Source: an uncultured Halieaceae bacterium (lineage in GTDB: Bacteria > Pseudomonadota > Gammaproteobacteria > Pseudomonadales > Halieaceae). Taken from it: 59,441 nt of DNA. The notes beneath the pieces were generated by a model. It made no database searches, had not been told where the DNA came from, and saw nothing but the letters and a program-made list of their open reading frames with translations. Shown here piece by piece: positions 39,734 to 49,253 of this stretch. Position numbers and translations under genes: made by a program. The stretch lies in contig CAJWWJ010000001.1 of the NCBI GenBank assembly GCA_913048575.1, positions 1 to 59,441 on the forward strand, written 5' to 3'. Position 1 is the first letter of the stretch; every line of letters starts with the position of its first letter.

Positions 39734-41053
39734 TCAGAGGTCATAACCACGCTCATCGTGCAGCACAATATCGAGACCCACTGTCTCTTCCTCCTGGTCG
39801 ACGCGCAAAGAGACCAATCGATCAACCAATCGAAGCAACAGCCAGCTCACGATCACGGTATAGAAAAAGGTGGCAACAATACCCGTCAGCTGGATACCTA
39901 ACTGACCGACAATAGTGCTCACGCCGTCGGAGAATCCATTGCCACTGAACAGACCAAGTGAAGGCGAGCAAAAAATACCTGCCATGAACAAGCCAAGCGC
40001 GCCCCCCACCCCGTGTACCGGAAAGACATCTAAGCTATCGTCAATTTTGAGCCGATTCTTCAAAGCAATCGTCGCGAAGTAACAGACGACGCCAGCAGTC
40101 AACCCAATCACAACGGCACCTGCCGGTCCCACAGAACCCGATGCGGGCGTGATAGTACCCAGCCCCGCCACCATTCCAGTCACAATCCCCAGCACTGAGG
40201 GCTTGCCATGTCGGATCCACTCCATGGCCATCCAAGCTAACGCGCCACAGGCTGCCGACAAATGGGTTACCAACATCGCCATTGCCGCACTGCTGTCCGC
40301 CGCCACTGCCGAACCCGCGTTAAAACCGAACCAACCGACCCACAGCATGCCTGCGCCCGTTACCGTCATCGTCAGATTATGCGGCGGCATCGCCGTCTGG
40401 CCAAAGCCCCGTCGTCCACCGAGAGACATCGCAGCAACCAACGCTGCCGCCCCCGCTGTAATGTGCACCACCGCACCGCCTGCAAAATCTTGCAGACCCA
40501 TCGCACCCAACCATCCGCCGCCCCAAACCCAATGGCAGATAGGCGCATAGACCAGCAGCAACCAGAAAGAGCTAAAAATCAGCATCGCCGAAAAGCGCAT
40601 TCGCTCAGCGAAACCGCCCACAATTAACGCGGGCGTGATCACAGCAAATGTTAGCTGGAACATGACAAACAGCGTTTCAGGAATAGAGCCGCTAACGCTA
40701 TCTATCGTTACCTTGGCCAAAAACAAGTTCCCCAAGTCTCCGATCCAAGGGCCCTGCTCAACACCGGACGAGCCAAACGCTAAGGTATATCCGATCACAA
40801 ACCATAAGACCGACATCAACGCGGTGAGCGCAAAACACTGCATTAAAACCGACAATGCATTTTTCACCCGAACCAGCCCCGCATAAAACAACGACAGCCC
40901 TGGGAGGGTCATGAATAGCACTAACGCTGTCGACGTCAGCATCCAAGCGGTGTCGGCGCCAGAGATGGTGTCCGCCATCGCAGGTGCACTCATCAAAGCA
41001 GGCAACAGAAATGTTGTGAATCCCAATGAGGTTCTAATCGCTTTTACACACAT
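39734..41053 (-). CDS. amtB: Ammonium transporter
   Basis: FQLTFA, DFAGG..VH, GWFGFNAGS, DDSLDVFPVHG (twin His) and a GLD..H.E tail. Start uncertain. Confidence 0.95.
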   Translation of the reverse strand: MCVKAIRTSLGFTTFLLPALMSAPAMADTISGADTAWMLTSTALVLFMTLPGLSLFYAGLVRVKNALSVLMQCFALTALMSVLWFVIGYTLAFGSSGVEQGPWIGDLGNLFLAKVTIDSVSGSIPETLFVMFQLTFAVITPALIVGGFAERMRFSAMLIFSSFWLLLVYAPICHWVWGGGWLGAMGLQDFAGGAVVHITAGAAALVAAMSLGGRRGFGQTAMPPHNLTMTVTGAGMLWVGWFGFNAGSAVAADSSAAMAMLVTHLSAACGALAWMAMEWIRHGKPSVLGIVTGMVAGLGTITPASGSVGPAGAVVIGLTAGVVCYFATIALKNRLKIDDSLDVFPVHGVGGALGLFMAGIFCSPSLGLFSGNGFSDGVSTIVGQLGIQLTGIVATFFYTVIVSWLLLRLVDRLVSLRVDQEEETVGLDIVLHDERGYDL

Positions 41054-41181
41054 GAGAGTAGTGACCTTGATAAAGAAAAATTGATTTTGCCACACGCGAA
41101 GCGCTAAACCCAAACGACAAATGGTCTAGCGATTGTGATTCTGGTCACTCAGCATTACTCTCTGCGCTAACCCAGAAGGAA

Positions 41182-42603
41182 TTGCCCACCATGTCGCGAG
41201 TTGTTGCGCCACTGATCACCTTGCTTGCTCTGTCATTGCATAGCGCTGCCGATGCCGGAATGCGCAACGTCATTTTGATTATAGGAGACGGCTTCGACGA
41301 TCAGCATGTCACCATGGGCCGAAATTATCTCTCGGGCATGAGCGGTAAACTTAAGGTAGACGACCTGCCCTTCAGAGCATCAGTGCAGGTAGAAACGTTA
41401 ACACCGTCAGGCGACCCCAGTTATGTTGCTGACTCGGCCAATACAGCCACCTCGCTGGCTACAGGCGCGGTTACCAGTATGGGGCGTATCGCGACTGACA
41501 TCAGCGACCGTGACATCACGACGATCGGCGAACGTGCTATCGCAGCCGGCTTCGAGGTGGGACTTGTCACCACTTCTTCACTCACCGATGCCACACCCGC
41601 GTCTTTTTTGACTCACGTCTCGGCGCGCAGCTGTGAAGGCCCTGAAGAAGTACTAGGCAGCACGTATTACGGCATACCACAGCCAGCATGCCTCGCTGAC
41701 GCCAGAGATAATGAGGGCCCAGGGTCGATCATAGAGCAGCTTGTGAGCAGCGGCGCGTCGATCCTGCTGGGTGGGGGACGAAAATTCATTGAGCAGAGGA
41801 CCATTGATAATGAAACCGTCGCTGCGATGGCTGCGCGATATCGTTTTCGGGTTGTCACAAGCGTTGGGGAATTGGCGAGTGCCGGCTTGGAGCAACCGCT
41901 CATCGGCGTGTTTAGCGAGGAGACGCTACCTGTTCGCTGGCAGGGTACGGACGGTCGGACCGCTGAAGCGACCGAGACTGGCTGGCTGCACTACTTATCG
42001 GATTATCTTGGAGACACCAAAGAACCCGATGTGATGGATTGTGAGCCGAATCCAGAGTACGGCGATACCCCTTCTCTTGCCCTAATGACCGAAACCGCTC
42101 TGGAGCACTTATCGACTGATAACGATCAGGGGTTCTTTCTGATGATCGAATCCGCTTCCATCGACAAGCAAAGCCACAAACGTGATCCCTGTGGCTCAAT
42201 TGGCGAGATAGAACAGCTCGAGGAGGCGCTGCATCATGCCCAGACCTTCGCTCAGCAACATCCCGATACGCTGATCATTGTGACGGCCGATCACGCCCAA
42301 GCAGCTCAAATACTCCCCGAACCCACGCTATACAGCGGCTACCCCATTCCTATTTATTCTCCGGGCCTGACGGCACGGATCAACACGCCTGAGGGGGGCG
42401 TCATGCGGATTAACTACGCCACAAATAATGGGTTTAGCGAAGAGCATACCGGGGCCAACGTCCCCTTGTTTGCCAATGACGTAGGGGCGCAACAGCTTCG
42501 ACCCTTTCTGCGACAACGCGAAGTTCACGATGCAATGAGCGTGTTCCTAATGGGCGTCACCGACCCCCCCCTTGCTCAGAACACATCGCCGGAGTCACGC
42601 TGA
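41182..42603 (+). CDS. phoA: PhoA-type (Zn/Mg) alkaline phosphatase, exported
   Basis: IGDG, DSA (phospho-Ser), DATPA, E..SIDKQSH, TADH and EEHTG; signal peptide. Start is 41182 or 41191. Confidence 0.88.
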   Translation: MPTMSRVVAPLITLLALSLHSAADAGMRNVILIIGDGFDDQHVTMGRNYLSGMSGKLKVDDLPFRASVQVETLTPSGDPSYVADSANTATSLATGAVTSMGRIATDISDRDITTIGERAIAAGFEVGLVTTSSLTDATPASFLTHVSARSCEGPEEVLGSTYYGIPQPACLADARDNEGPGSIIEQLVSSGASILLGGGRKFIEQRTIDNETVAAMAARYRFRVVTSVGELASAGLEQPLIGVFSEETLPVRWQGTDGRTAEATETGWLHYLSDYLGDTKEPDVMDCEPNPEYGDTPSLALMTETALEHLSTDNDQGFFLMIESASIDKQSHKRDPCGSIGEIEQLEEALHHAQTFAQQHPDTLIIVTADHAQAAQILPEPTLYSGYPIPIYSPGLTARINTPEGGVMRINYATNNGFSEEHTGANVPLFANDVGAQQLRPFLRQREVHDAMSVFLMGVTDPPLAQNTSPESR

Positions 42604-42612
42604 GTAGCGCAC

Positions 42613-43515
42613 TCACATATTGATCCAAGAATTCAGTGCCGTCAGACGGAAGGTCACGCCGCTGTTTTCTAGAATGACACTATCGACCAGGATGTCCTTT
42701 ATCATCACCGGTCCCGCCCGCTGGCCAACCTTCAATCGCTGACCATTGAGCTCGACGGCAGCGGAACCATCGGTCTGGAATTCGTGTGCAGAATAGATCA
42801 ACGTCGGAATGTCGTCTTTTTGCTGCTGCGATAAGTTTTCAATCATTGTTGCTGCGTGTGGGACTAAGGACCTTTCACCCACTGCGTTAGCAGCCTCCGC
42901 TATCGCTGCCTCCAGATTGATGGGCGGTGCGATTGTGCCAAGAGCAGCGACCTCACTGGACGCATTACGCGTGTCAGGCAGCTGAGGGGCTTTAGATTCA
43001 CCTCCACCTGTTTCTGGCGCTCGGTCTGGCGCCTCGACGTCAGCAGATTCCGAATCGGACCACATTTGAGCGTTGAGTTCGGCCACTGCTCGAGCGGTCG
43101 CAGTTGGCCCCGCGTCGACGAGACTTGAGGGGAACGACGCCTCCGAAGGTGCCGCAGCCATTCCTCGCATCGATGGATCGGTTAGCAATCGTGACTCCGT
43201 TCGAGCGCTGAGCACTGGCTCGGTACTCGATCGATTCAGCCGCTTAGCTTGATCGTCCGCGGCCGGCGAGCCCGGCTGATTCGAATCCATTGGCCCCAAG
43301 GGCGATGCTACCGCACGCGGTGACGCCGCATCATCAGGCAGCACACGCGAGAACCACATCGCCACGCCAACACCCAACAATGCACCCAATAACAGCGCTG
43401 CTACTACCGGCCGTAGCCGCGAGGCTCCGGCACTCTGATGCGCGTCAGCCGGCGCATAGGGAATCGTCGAATCCGTCTGTTCTGACCGTTTTAAGGCGTC
43501 AAGAATCAGCGACAT
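42613..43515 (-). CDS. exeB: Type II secretion accessory protein ExeB/GspB
   Basis: MSLILDALKRSE start, a single TM segment, a low-complexity linker and a C-terminal YSAH...ALNSWIN domain; coupled to exeA. Confidence 0.8.
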   Translation of the reverse strand: MSLILDALKRSEQTDSTIPYAPADAHQSAGASRLRPVVAALLLGALLGVGVAMWFSRVLPDDAASPRAVASPLGPMDSNQPGSPAADDQAKRLNRSSTEPVLSARTESRLLTDPSMRGMAAAPSEASFPSSLVDAGPTATARAVAELNAQMWSDSESADVEAPDRAPETGGGESKAPQLPDTRNASSEVAALGTIAPPINLEAAIAEAANAVGERSLVPHAATMIENLSQQQKDDIPTLIYSAHEFQTDGSAAVELNGQRLKVGQRAGPVMIKDILVDSVILENSGVTFRLTALNSWINM

Positions 43516-45164
43516 GGCTCAACCCCGAAGCGCTCAATGGCACTGCGCAGTGCCCTAGCAGAGCTTAAGCCGTCCCCCAGCTTGTCGTGTAATGCTTGCA
43601 GCGTTCTCACACCGATCACGCCATCGACTCCGAGGCCCACTGCAGCCTGAAATACTTTCACTCGTGCTTCTAGCGCCTCTGTAAAAACTGTCAGTGGTGG
43701 CACAGGCAAGTTATCTAGGCGCGCAAATTCGCCAACAACATGAGCTACCACAGCGCCTCGATCACCAATCCGCACCGGCCCAGTCCAACCGGGAGGACTC
43801 TCCCAAAAATACCGAAAGCGCCCCTGCCAGCGATCAGCCACCGTTGTCAAAGGGACCTCGCAAACCACTGCGCCGGTAAACACGGTGGCCACCTCTTCCC
43901 TTACCTCCAACAGGACCGTCGCCGCTGCAAAGCGGTTCCGACGTTGCAAATCAAGTACCACTGGCCTATTCAGTTCCAACACCGCATCCCAGGTATCGCT
44001 ATCGGCAGACTCACAACGCAATCCAGCCGAGCCGGGCGCATCGCATACGTCGCTGGGCAAGGGCGTATCACGCCACAGGGACCACAACGCGGACTCCGCA
44101 ACTCGGTGGCTCACCAACCAATCTGGCAAAACCGCTATCGGGCCCACCGGTGCGTTCGCAGACCCCATGGTGTCCGTTACCGGGCGCTCGATTGAGCTAC
44201 CCCTTTCGCTGACCAAATCCCGCTCATTCATTACGATGTTGTAGGCCAGCAAGCCCGCCAGAACCGCACTCAGAATGCCGAGAACCAACGTCACTCGCCG
44301 CGTATTCCCGGTGCGAGTCGGCCCGGACTGCTTCACTGTTCGCGCTGCGCCCTCACCGAAGACCTCCTGCGCCGCCTGACGGACAATCGCCGTCGACACT
44401 ACCGGTTCGTTACGTCCGTATGCACCCATCATCGCCCGGTCACACAATAGATTTATCAAGCGGGGAATGCCGCCCGTTAATTTAAACACCCGTCTCAAAG
44501 CAGACGGCGTAAAAAGAGAGCGGTTATCCGTTAAACCGGAGACTGAGAGTCGGTGACGAACGTAGTTCGTCGTCTCGTGCGCATCTAATGCCGTCAACTG
44601 GTAGCGCGCTGTAATCCTCTGGTTTAGCTGCCGAAGCTCGGGGCGCCCCAGCATCGACTCCAGCTCTGGCTGTCCGGTCAGAATAATTTGCAGCAGTTTT
44701 TTTTCGTCTGTTTCAAGATTGGTCAGCAGCCGGATCTGTTCCAGAACGTCAAAATCAAGGTGTTGGGCCTCATCGATCATCAATACGGTTTGACGACCCT
44801 TGGCATGATTGGTGAGCAAGAACTGATGCAACGCGTCGGTCAGCGTCTTCAGGCTTTGCGTGTCAGACGGGTAGCGAATTTCGAACTCATCACAGACGCT
44901 CGCTAACAGCTCAGTGGCACTCAAGGCGGGATTCAGCACAATGGCGATATCCGTGTCGGTGGGCAACTGCTCCAACAAACAACGATTTAAGGTGGTCTTC
45001 CCTGTCCCAACCTCACCGGTCAACAGGACAAATCCACCGCCACTCCCCACACCGTATAATAGATGAGCCAACGCCTCACGATGACGATCACTCATGAACA
45101 AGTAACGCGGATTAACAGCGATTGAGAACGGTTGCTCAGTCAGTCCGAAGAAAGGGTGATACAT
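43506..45164 (-). CDS. exeA: ExeA/GspA AAA ATPase with peptidoglycan-binding domain
   Basis: PFSIAVNPRYLF, GEVGTGKT, IDEAQ and GGIPRLIN, a TM segment, and a C-terminal FQ...LGVDGVIG PG-binding motif. Confidence 0.92.
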   Translation of the reverse strand: MYHPFFGLTEQPFSIAVNPRYLFMSDRHREALAHLLYGVGSGGGFVLLTGEVGTGKTTLNRCLLEQLPTDTDIAIVLNPALSATELLASVCDEFEIRYPSDTQSLKTLTDALHQFLLTNHAKGRQTVLMIDEAQHLDFDVLEQIRLLTNLETDEKKLLQIILTGQPELESMLGRPELRQLNQRITARYQLTALDAHETTNYVRHRLSVSGLTDNRSLFTPSALRRVFKLTGGIPRLINLLCDRAMMGAYGRNEPVVSTAIVRQAAQEVFGEGAARTVKQSGPTRTGNTRRVTLVLGILSAVLAGLLAYNIVMNERDLVSERGSSIERPVTDTMGSANAPVGPIAVLPDWLVSHRVAESALWSLWRDTPLPSDVCDAPGSAGLRCESADSDTWDAVLELNRPVVLDLQRRNRFAAATVLLEVREEVATVFTGAVVCEVPLTTVADRWQGRFRYFWESPPGWTGPVRIGDRGAVVAHVVGEFARLDNLPVPPLTVFTEALEARVKVFQAAVGLGVDGVIGVRTLQALHDKLGDGLSSARALRSAIERFGVEPCR

Positions 45165-45212
45165 ATAAGGCGGTTCGCTCCACTAGCGTACAGAGTTGCA
45201 ACGACACATATT

Positions 45213-45228
45213 GGCAATTACAGTGCCA
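45213..45228 (-). promoter_or_regulatory. Candidate sigma-54 (-24/-12) promoter for exeAB
   Basis: The minus strand reads TGGCAC-TGTAA-TTGC, matching the TGGCAC-N5-TTGC consensus, about 50 bp upstream of exeA. Confidence 0.6.
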
Positions 45229-45356
45229 TTTGTTTTTTTCAGGCTAACACCTGACTGCCACTTCAACGTGCCGACCCGAACGTCCATCGACGGAGGCCCT
45301 GTGGCATGGCAACTAGGTAGCTGGCGACACACGATTCACAACAGGAGATAGTTTAC

Positions 45357-46322
45357 ATGTCATTACCACCCTCGCTGCAGAACGCCCTTCGGCTCCCCGT
45401 TGTCGGCTCACCACTTTTCATCATCTCTAATCCTGATCTTGTCATCGCTCAGTGTAAAGCGGGAATCATAGGCTCCTTTCCCGCGCTGAACGCCAGACCA
45501 GAACCCGTTTTAGAAGAGTGGCTGGAGCGTATTACTTCAGAGCTAGCGGCCTATGATGCGGCGAATCCTGACGCGCCTTCGGCGCCCTTTGCAGTCAACC
45601 AGATCGTGCATGGCTCCAATGCACGACTCAAACATGACATGGATATGTGTGTGAAGTATGAAGTCCCCATTGTCATCACATCGCTGGGCGCCAAGGAGTG
45701 GGTCAACGAGATGGTGCATAGCTATGGCGGCATCGTTCTGCACGATGTGATCAACAACCGTTTTTCCAAAAAAGCGATTGAAAAAGGCGCGGATGGACTG
45801 ATTGCAGTGGCCGCTGGAGCAGGAGGTCATGCGGGCACCGTTTCTCCGATGGCGCTGATCCAGGAAATCCGTGAGTGGTTTGATGGCCCGCTGCTCCTGT
45901 CAGGCGCCATTGCAACGGGCGATGCCGTGCTGGCGGCCCAAGCGATGGGAGCAGACTTGGCTTATATTGGTTCAGCCTTCATTGCAACTGAGGAAGCCAA
46001 TGCAGAGCAAGGCTATAAGCAAGCGATAGTTGACTATGGCGCAGATGATATTGTCTATAGCAGCCTGTTCACTGGGGTCCACGGCAATTATCTCAAGCCC
46101 TCCATTGAGGCCGCCGGCCTTGACCCCAATGCCCTGCCCGAAAGCGACCCGAGTCAGATGGACTTTGGCTCCGGTGGCGACTCTGACGCCAAGGCTTGGA
46201 AAAATATTTGGGGCTGTGGCCAAGGCATTGGTGCGGTAAAAAAATTGGGCAGCACGGCTGACTACGTGGCTAAATTAACAACCGAATATGTCGACGCCAA
46301 AGCTCGGATTAATAGCTTATGA
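45357..46322 (+). CDS. Nitronate monooxygenase / FabK-like FMN oxidoreductase
   Basis: PLFIIS, GSFPALNAR, VNQIVH, GAGGHAG and YIGSAFIAT; AGGAG RBS. Confidence 0.9.
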   Translation: MSLPPSLQNALRLPVVGSPLFIISNPDLVIAQCKAGIIGSFPALNARPEPVLEEWLERITSELAAYDAANPDAPSAPFAVNQIVHGSNARLKHDMDMCVKYEVPIVITSLGAKEWVNEMVHSYGGIVLHDVINNRFSKKAIEKGADGLIAVAAGAGGHAGTVSPMALIQEIREWFDGPLLLSGAIATGDAVLAAQAMGADLAYIGSAFIATEEANAEQGYKQAIVDYGADDIVYSSLFTGVHGNYLKPSIEAAGLDPNALPESDPSQMDFGSGGDSDAKAWKNIWGCGQGIGAVKKLGSTADYVAKLTTEYVDAKARINSL

Positions 46323-47509
46323 CAGACGATACAAAAATCCCCCGAAGTGGTGACGATGACTACAGCGCTGATATCGTTGAACAGCGACAGCGCTTCATCG
46401 AAGCACAGACGGGCACCACACTGGAACACACCAAGCAGTTCTCCTTTGACCCCCATGAGATGGACGGCAATATCGAAAACTTTTGGGGTGTGGCACAAAT
46501 TCCCATCGGTGTTGCGGGACCGCTGCTGGTCAATGGAGAGCACGCTCAAGGCGAGTTTTACGTCCCGATGGCAACCGTCGAAGGCACCATGCTGGCATCA
46601 TATAACCGTGGCATGAAGGTCATCAAAGAGGCCGGTGGCGTCCTGACAACAGTCTCGCAAGAATCCATGCAGCGATCCCCCGTTTTTATCTTCAAGGACT
46701 CGCGCCAAGCAAGAGACTTTCAAATTTGGCTCAAAGATAATTTTGAGAATATCAAAGCGCGTGCCGAGACCTCTACCTCGGTCGGCAAGCTCCACGAGAT
46801 TGAGAGTTATCATGCACACAGCATGATTTTCACTCGGTTTGACTACTCCACCGGAGACGCTGCCGGACAAAACATGGTCAGCAGAGCCACCTTCATTGCC
46901 TGTGAGTGGATCAATCAGCAACGTCCCGAAATGCTGCACTACATGCTGTCGGGTAACTTCGACACGGAAAAGAAAACCTCCTCCGTGAATTTGTTAAAAA
47001 CTCGCGGCAGACGTGTCACCGCAGAGATTACGATCCCACGTGACATTCTCATGAAGCACTTACGGGTCGCTCCAGAGCAAATCGCTTACGGGCAACAGAT
47101 TTCGACACTGTCAGCGATTCTGACTAATTCATCGAACAATGCGAATCACCCCGCCAATGCGTTGGCGGCGCTTTACCTCGCGACAGGTCAAGATGTCGCG
47201 AACATCGGCGAGTCGAATCAGTGCACCACCTTTCAACGAGCGACCAGCAAGGGCGACTTTTATTTTTCCATCACATTGCCCGCCCTCATCATGGCCACCT
47301 ACGGCGGCGGCACGTCTTTGCCGACCCAGCGCGAGTGTCTCAGAATGTTAGGCTGCGAAGGTCAGGGTAAAGCACTTAAGCTCTGCGAAATTGCAGCCGC
47401 ACTGGTCGTAGCGGGAGAGCTCTCCCTGTCTGCTGCCGCGCGTGTTGACAAAACCACGCGCGTCAACGAGTGGGTCGATGCCCATGAGCGCCTCGGCCGA
47501 AATCGCTGA
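46319..47509 (+). CDS. Class I hydroxymethylglutaryl-CoA reductase-like protein
   Basis: IENFWG, PIGVAGPL, PMATVEG, DAAGQNM, cis-loop SGNFDTEKK, ATGQD, GELSL and a C-terminal His (AHERLG). Confidence 0.88.
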   Translation: MTDDTKIPRSGDDDYSADIVEQRQRFIEAQTGTTLEHTKQFSFDPHEMDGNIENFWGVAQIPIGVAGPLLVNGEHAQGEFYVPMATVEGTMLASYNRGMKVIKEAGGVLTTVSQESMQRSPVFIFKDSRQARDFQIWLKDNFENIKARAETSTSVGKLHEIESYHAHSMIFTRFDYSTGDAAGQNMVSRATFIACEWINQQRPEMLHYMLSGNFDTEKKTSSVNLLKTRGRRVTAEITIPRDILMKHLRVAPEQIAYGQQISTLSAILTNSSNNANHPANALAALYLATGQDVANIGESNQCTTFQRATSKGDFYFSITLPALIMATYGGGTSLPTQRECLRMLGCEGQGKALKLCEIAAALVVAGELSLSAAARVDKTTRVNEWVDAHERLGRNR

Positions 47510-47525
47510 ATCAGAGGAGCCAGTC

Positions 47526-48071
47526 ATGTCTCACGTGTTGCGTCGTACCCTGTGGAGCAAAATGGGTCACTTCATCTTTCTCATTATGGCGGCGGGCGGC
47601 GTCGAAGCTGATCGCGATTCTCATATCTCGCTGGCAGAACCGCTGCCACAACCAGATTGGGAGCTGCCGCTGATCGCAAATGGAAGCGGCACTGTCTCTG
47701 ATAGTGACCTGCGTGGACGCGTGACCTATCTCGACTTTTGGGCCAGCTGGTGCGGCCCCTGTCGCTTGTCCTTGCCAGCGCTGAACCGGCTTCGCGACAC
47801 GTTTTCGTCTGAAGCCTTTAACGTGGTGGCAATCAGCGTTGATTATGTCGAGGAAGACGCATTGGACTTCTTGGCCCGCTATCCCGTGGCGTATCCGATT
47901 GCGATCGACACCACGGGGGACTCGGGGCGTGCTTTTTCGGTAGCCGGCATGCCCTCGGGTTACCTTATCGATAAAAAAGGCATGATTCGTGAAATTCACG
48001 TCGGCTTCAGAAAAGGTGACGAGGTGATCCTCCAAGAGCGCATCGCTGCTCTTCTCGCGGAATCCGACTGA
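47526..48071 (+). CDS. TlpA-like thiol:disulfide oxidoreductase
   Basis: DFWASWCGPC and cis-Pro GMP, with an N-terminal hydrophobic segment; GAGGAG RBS. Confidence 0.9.
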   Translation: MSHVLRRTLWSKMGHFIFLIMAAGGVEADRDSHISLAEPLPQPDWELPLIANGSGTVSDSDLRGRVTYLDFWASWCGPCRLSLPALNRLRDTFSSEAFNVVAISVDYVEEDALDFLARYPVAYPIAIDTTGDSGRAFSVAGMPSGYLIDKKGMIREIHVGFRKGDEVILQERIAALLAESD

Positions 48072-48138
48072 TCACTGTACCGCTGGCGACAGGGGGGCAT
48101 CATGACATCCAATTGAGCTCGACCCTCGTAGAGTCACC

Positions 48139-48492
48139 ATGGAAAATCCTGACGTACTCTATTTTGATGGCTCTTGCCCGATGTGCCAGCGGGAGATGGC
48201 GCATCTGGCAAATATGAAGTCAGACCAACTGGTTTTGCAGGACATTCATGCCCTCGAGTCAGAAAACGACGTGCCGCCTAAAGAAGCACTGCTCAAATCC
48301 CTCCATCTTCGTCGGGGGGACAACTGGGTTGTGGGTATCGAGGCCAATATTGCGGCCTGGCAATACACGCGGATTGGCATTCTGTGGCGATGGCTGCGTT
48401 GGCCTCTGATCAAACCAATTGCCTCGTGGTGTTACACCATCTGGGCAGCGAAACGCTACGAAAGGCGCTACGACACTGCCGATAATCGTTAG
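48139..48492 (+). CDS. DCC1-like (DUF393) thiol-disulfide oxidoreductase
   Basis: N-terminal DGSCPMC (DxxCxxC). Confidence 0.85.
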   Translation: MENPDVLYFDGSCPMCQREMAHLANMKSDQLVLQDIHALESENDVPPKEALLKSLHLRRGDNWVVGIEANIAAWQYTRIGILWRWLRWPLIKPIASWCYTIWAAKRYERRYDTADNR

Positions 48493-48497
48493 GTGCT

Positions 48498-49145
48498 ATG
48501 AACTCTCCTCTTTTGCAGCTTAACGCTGAAGCGCTATCAGAAATGTCTAATAGTTGGCGCGCGCGATTAATCAACAGCCTGCCCGGTTATAAGAGCGGTA
48601 TGTTGGTCGGAACCTACGAGAGTGGGTCCGCTAATCTAGCGATTATCAGCTCTCACTTTCATTTGGGTTCCAACCCAGCCCTACTCGGCATGATCCTCAG
48701 ACCCGATACTGGTAAAGGGGAGCGGCATACGTTACACAATGTGTTGAAGACCGAGTGCTGGACGCTCAATGGCTTCCGGCTCGATTCGGCTGCTCAGGCA
48801 CATCAAACTTCCGCACCTTATGCCAAAAACGTATCGGAGTTCAGTGCCTGCGGTTTTGATGCCGAATGGCGGATAGGAACTGATGCACCCTATGTCAAAT
48901 CATCGCCTCTGCAGGTCGGCTGCCGGCTCCGTGAGCACCAAGCGCTGAATATCAATGGCACTCATTTACTGATCGGTGAAGTCACTGCGTTGTATTGTGC
49001 AGCAGATGCGCAGCGCGATGACGGCAGCCTCGATCTCGCCAAACTGGACTTGGCCACCGTCTCTGGGTTGGATACCTACTCAGAACCCGGCAAGTCGCGT
49101 CGCTTTGACCTAGCTCGCGTAGATACCCCCCTGCGGGAGCAATGA
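48498..49145 (+). CDS. Flavin reductase-like (DIM6/NtaB) protein
   Basis: INSLPGYK, NLAIISS.FHLGSNPAL, RHTLHN, AHQTSA and GLDTY motifs. Confidence 0.82.
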   Translation: MNSPLLQLNAEALSEMSNSWRARLINSLPGYKSGMLVGTYESGSANLAIISSHFHLGSNPALLGMILRPDTGKGERHTLHNVLKTECWTLNGFRLDSAAQAHQTSAPYAKNVSEFSACGFDAEWRIGTDAPYVKSSPLQVGCRLREHQALNINGTHLLIGEVTALYCAADAQRDDGSLDLAKLDLATVSGLDTYSEPGKSRRFDLARVDTPLREQ

Positions 49146-49253
49146 CTCCCACCAAAGCCGTCATTAGCGGCTGGTTTAGTGATTTCGCTAATCCGAGTAT
49201 CCTATCAGCTGACCTCGTTTCTCTCGTACCCCAGCAGCAAGGAAGTTAAAACC

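Noticed and set aside
41054-41181. Sigma-54 promoter or Pho box between amt and phoA
   Set aside because: The TGGCA on the minus strand lacks the -12 GC, and there are no properly spaced 11-bp CTGTCAT repeats.
45211-45240. Terminator-like hairpin plus T-run in the exeA/NMO gap
   Set aside because: The 5-bp stem is weak and no plus-strand gene lies upstream; it is better explained as the sigma-54 dyad.
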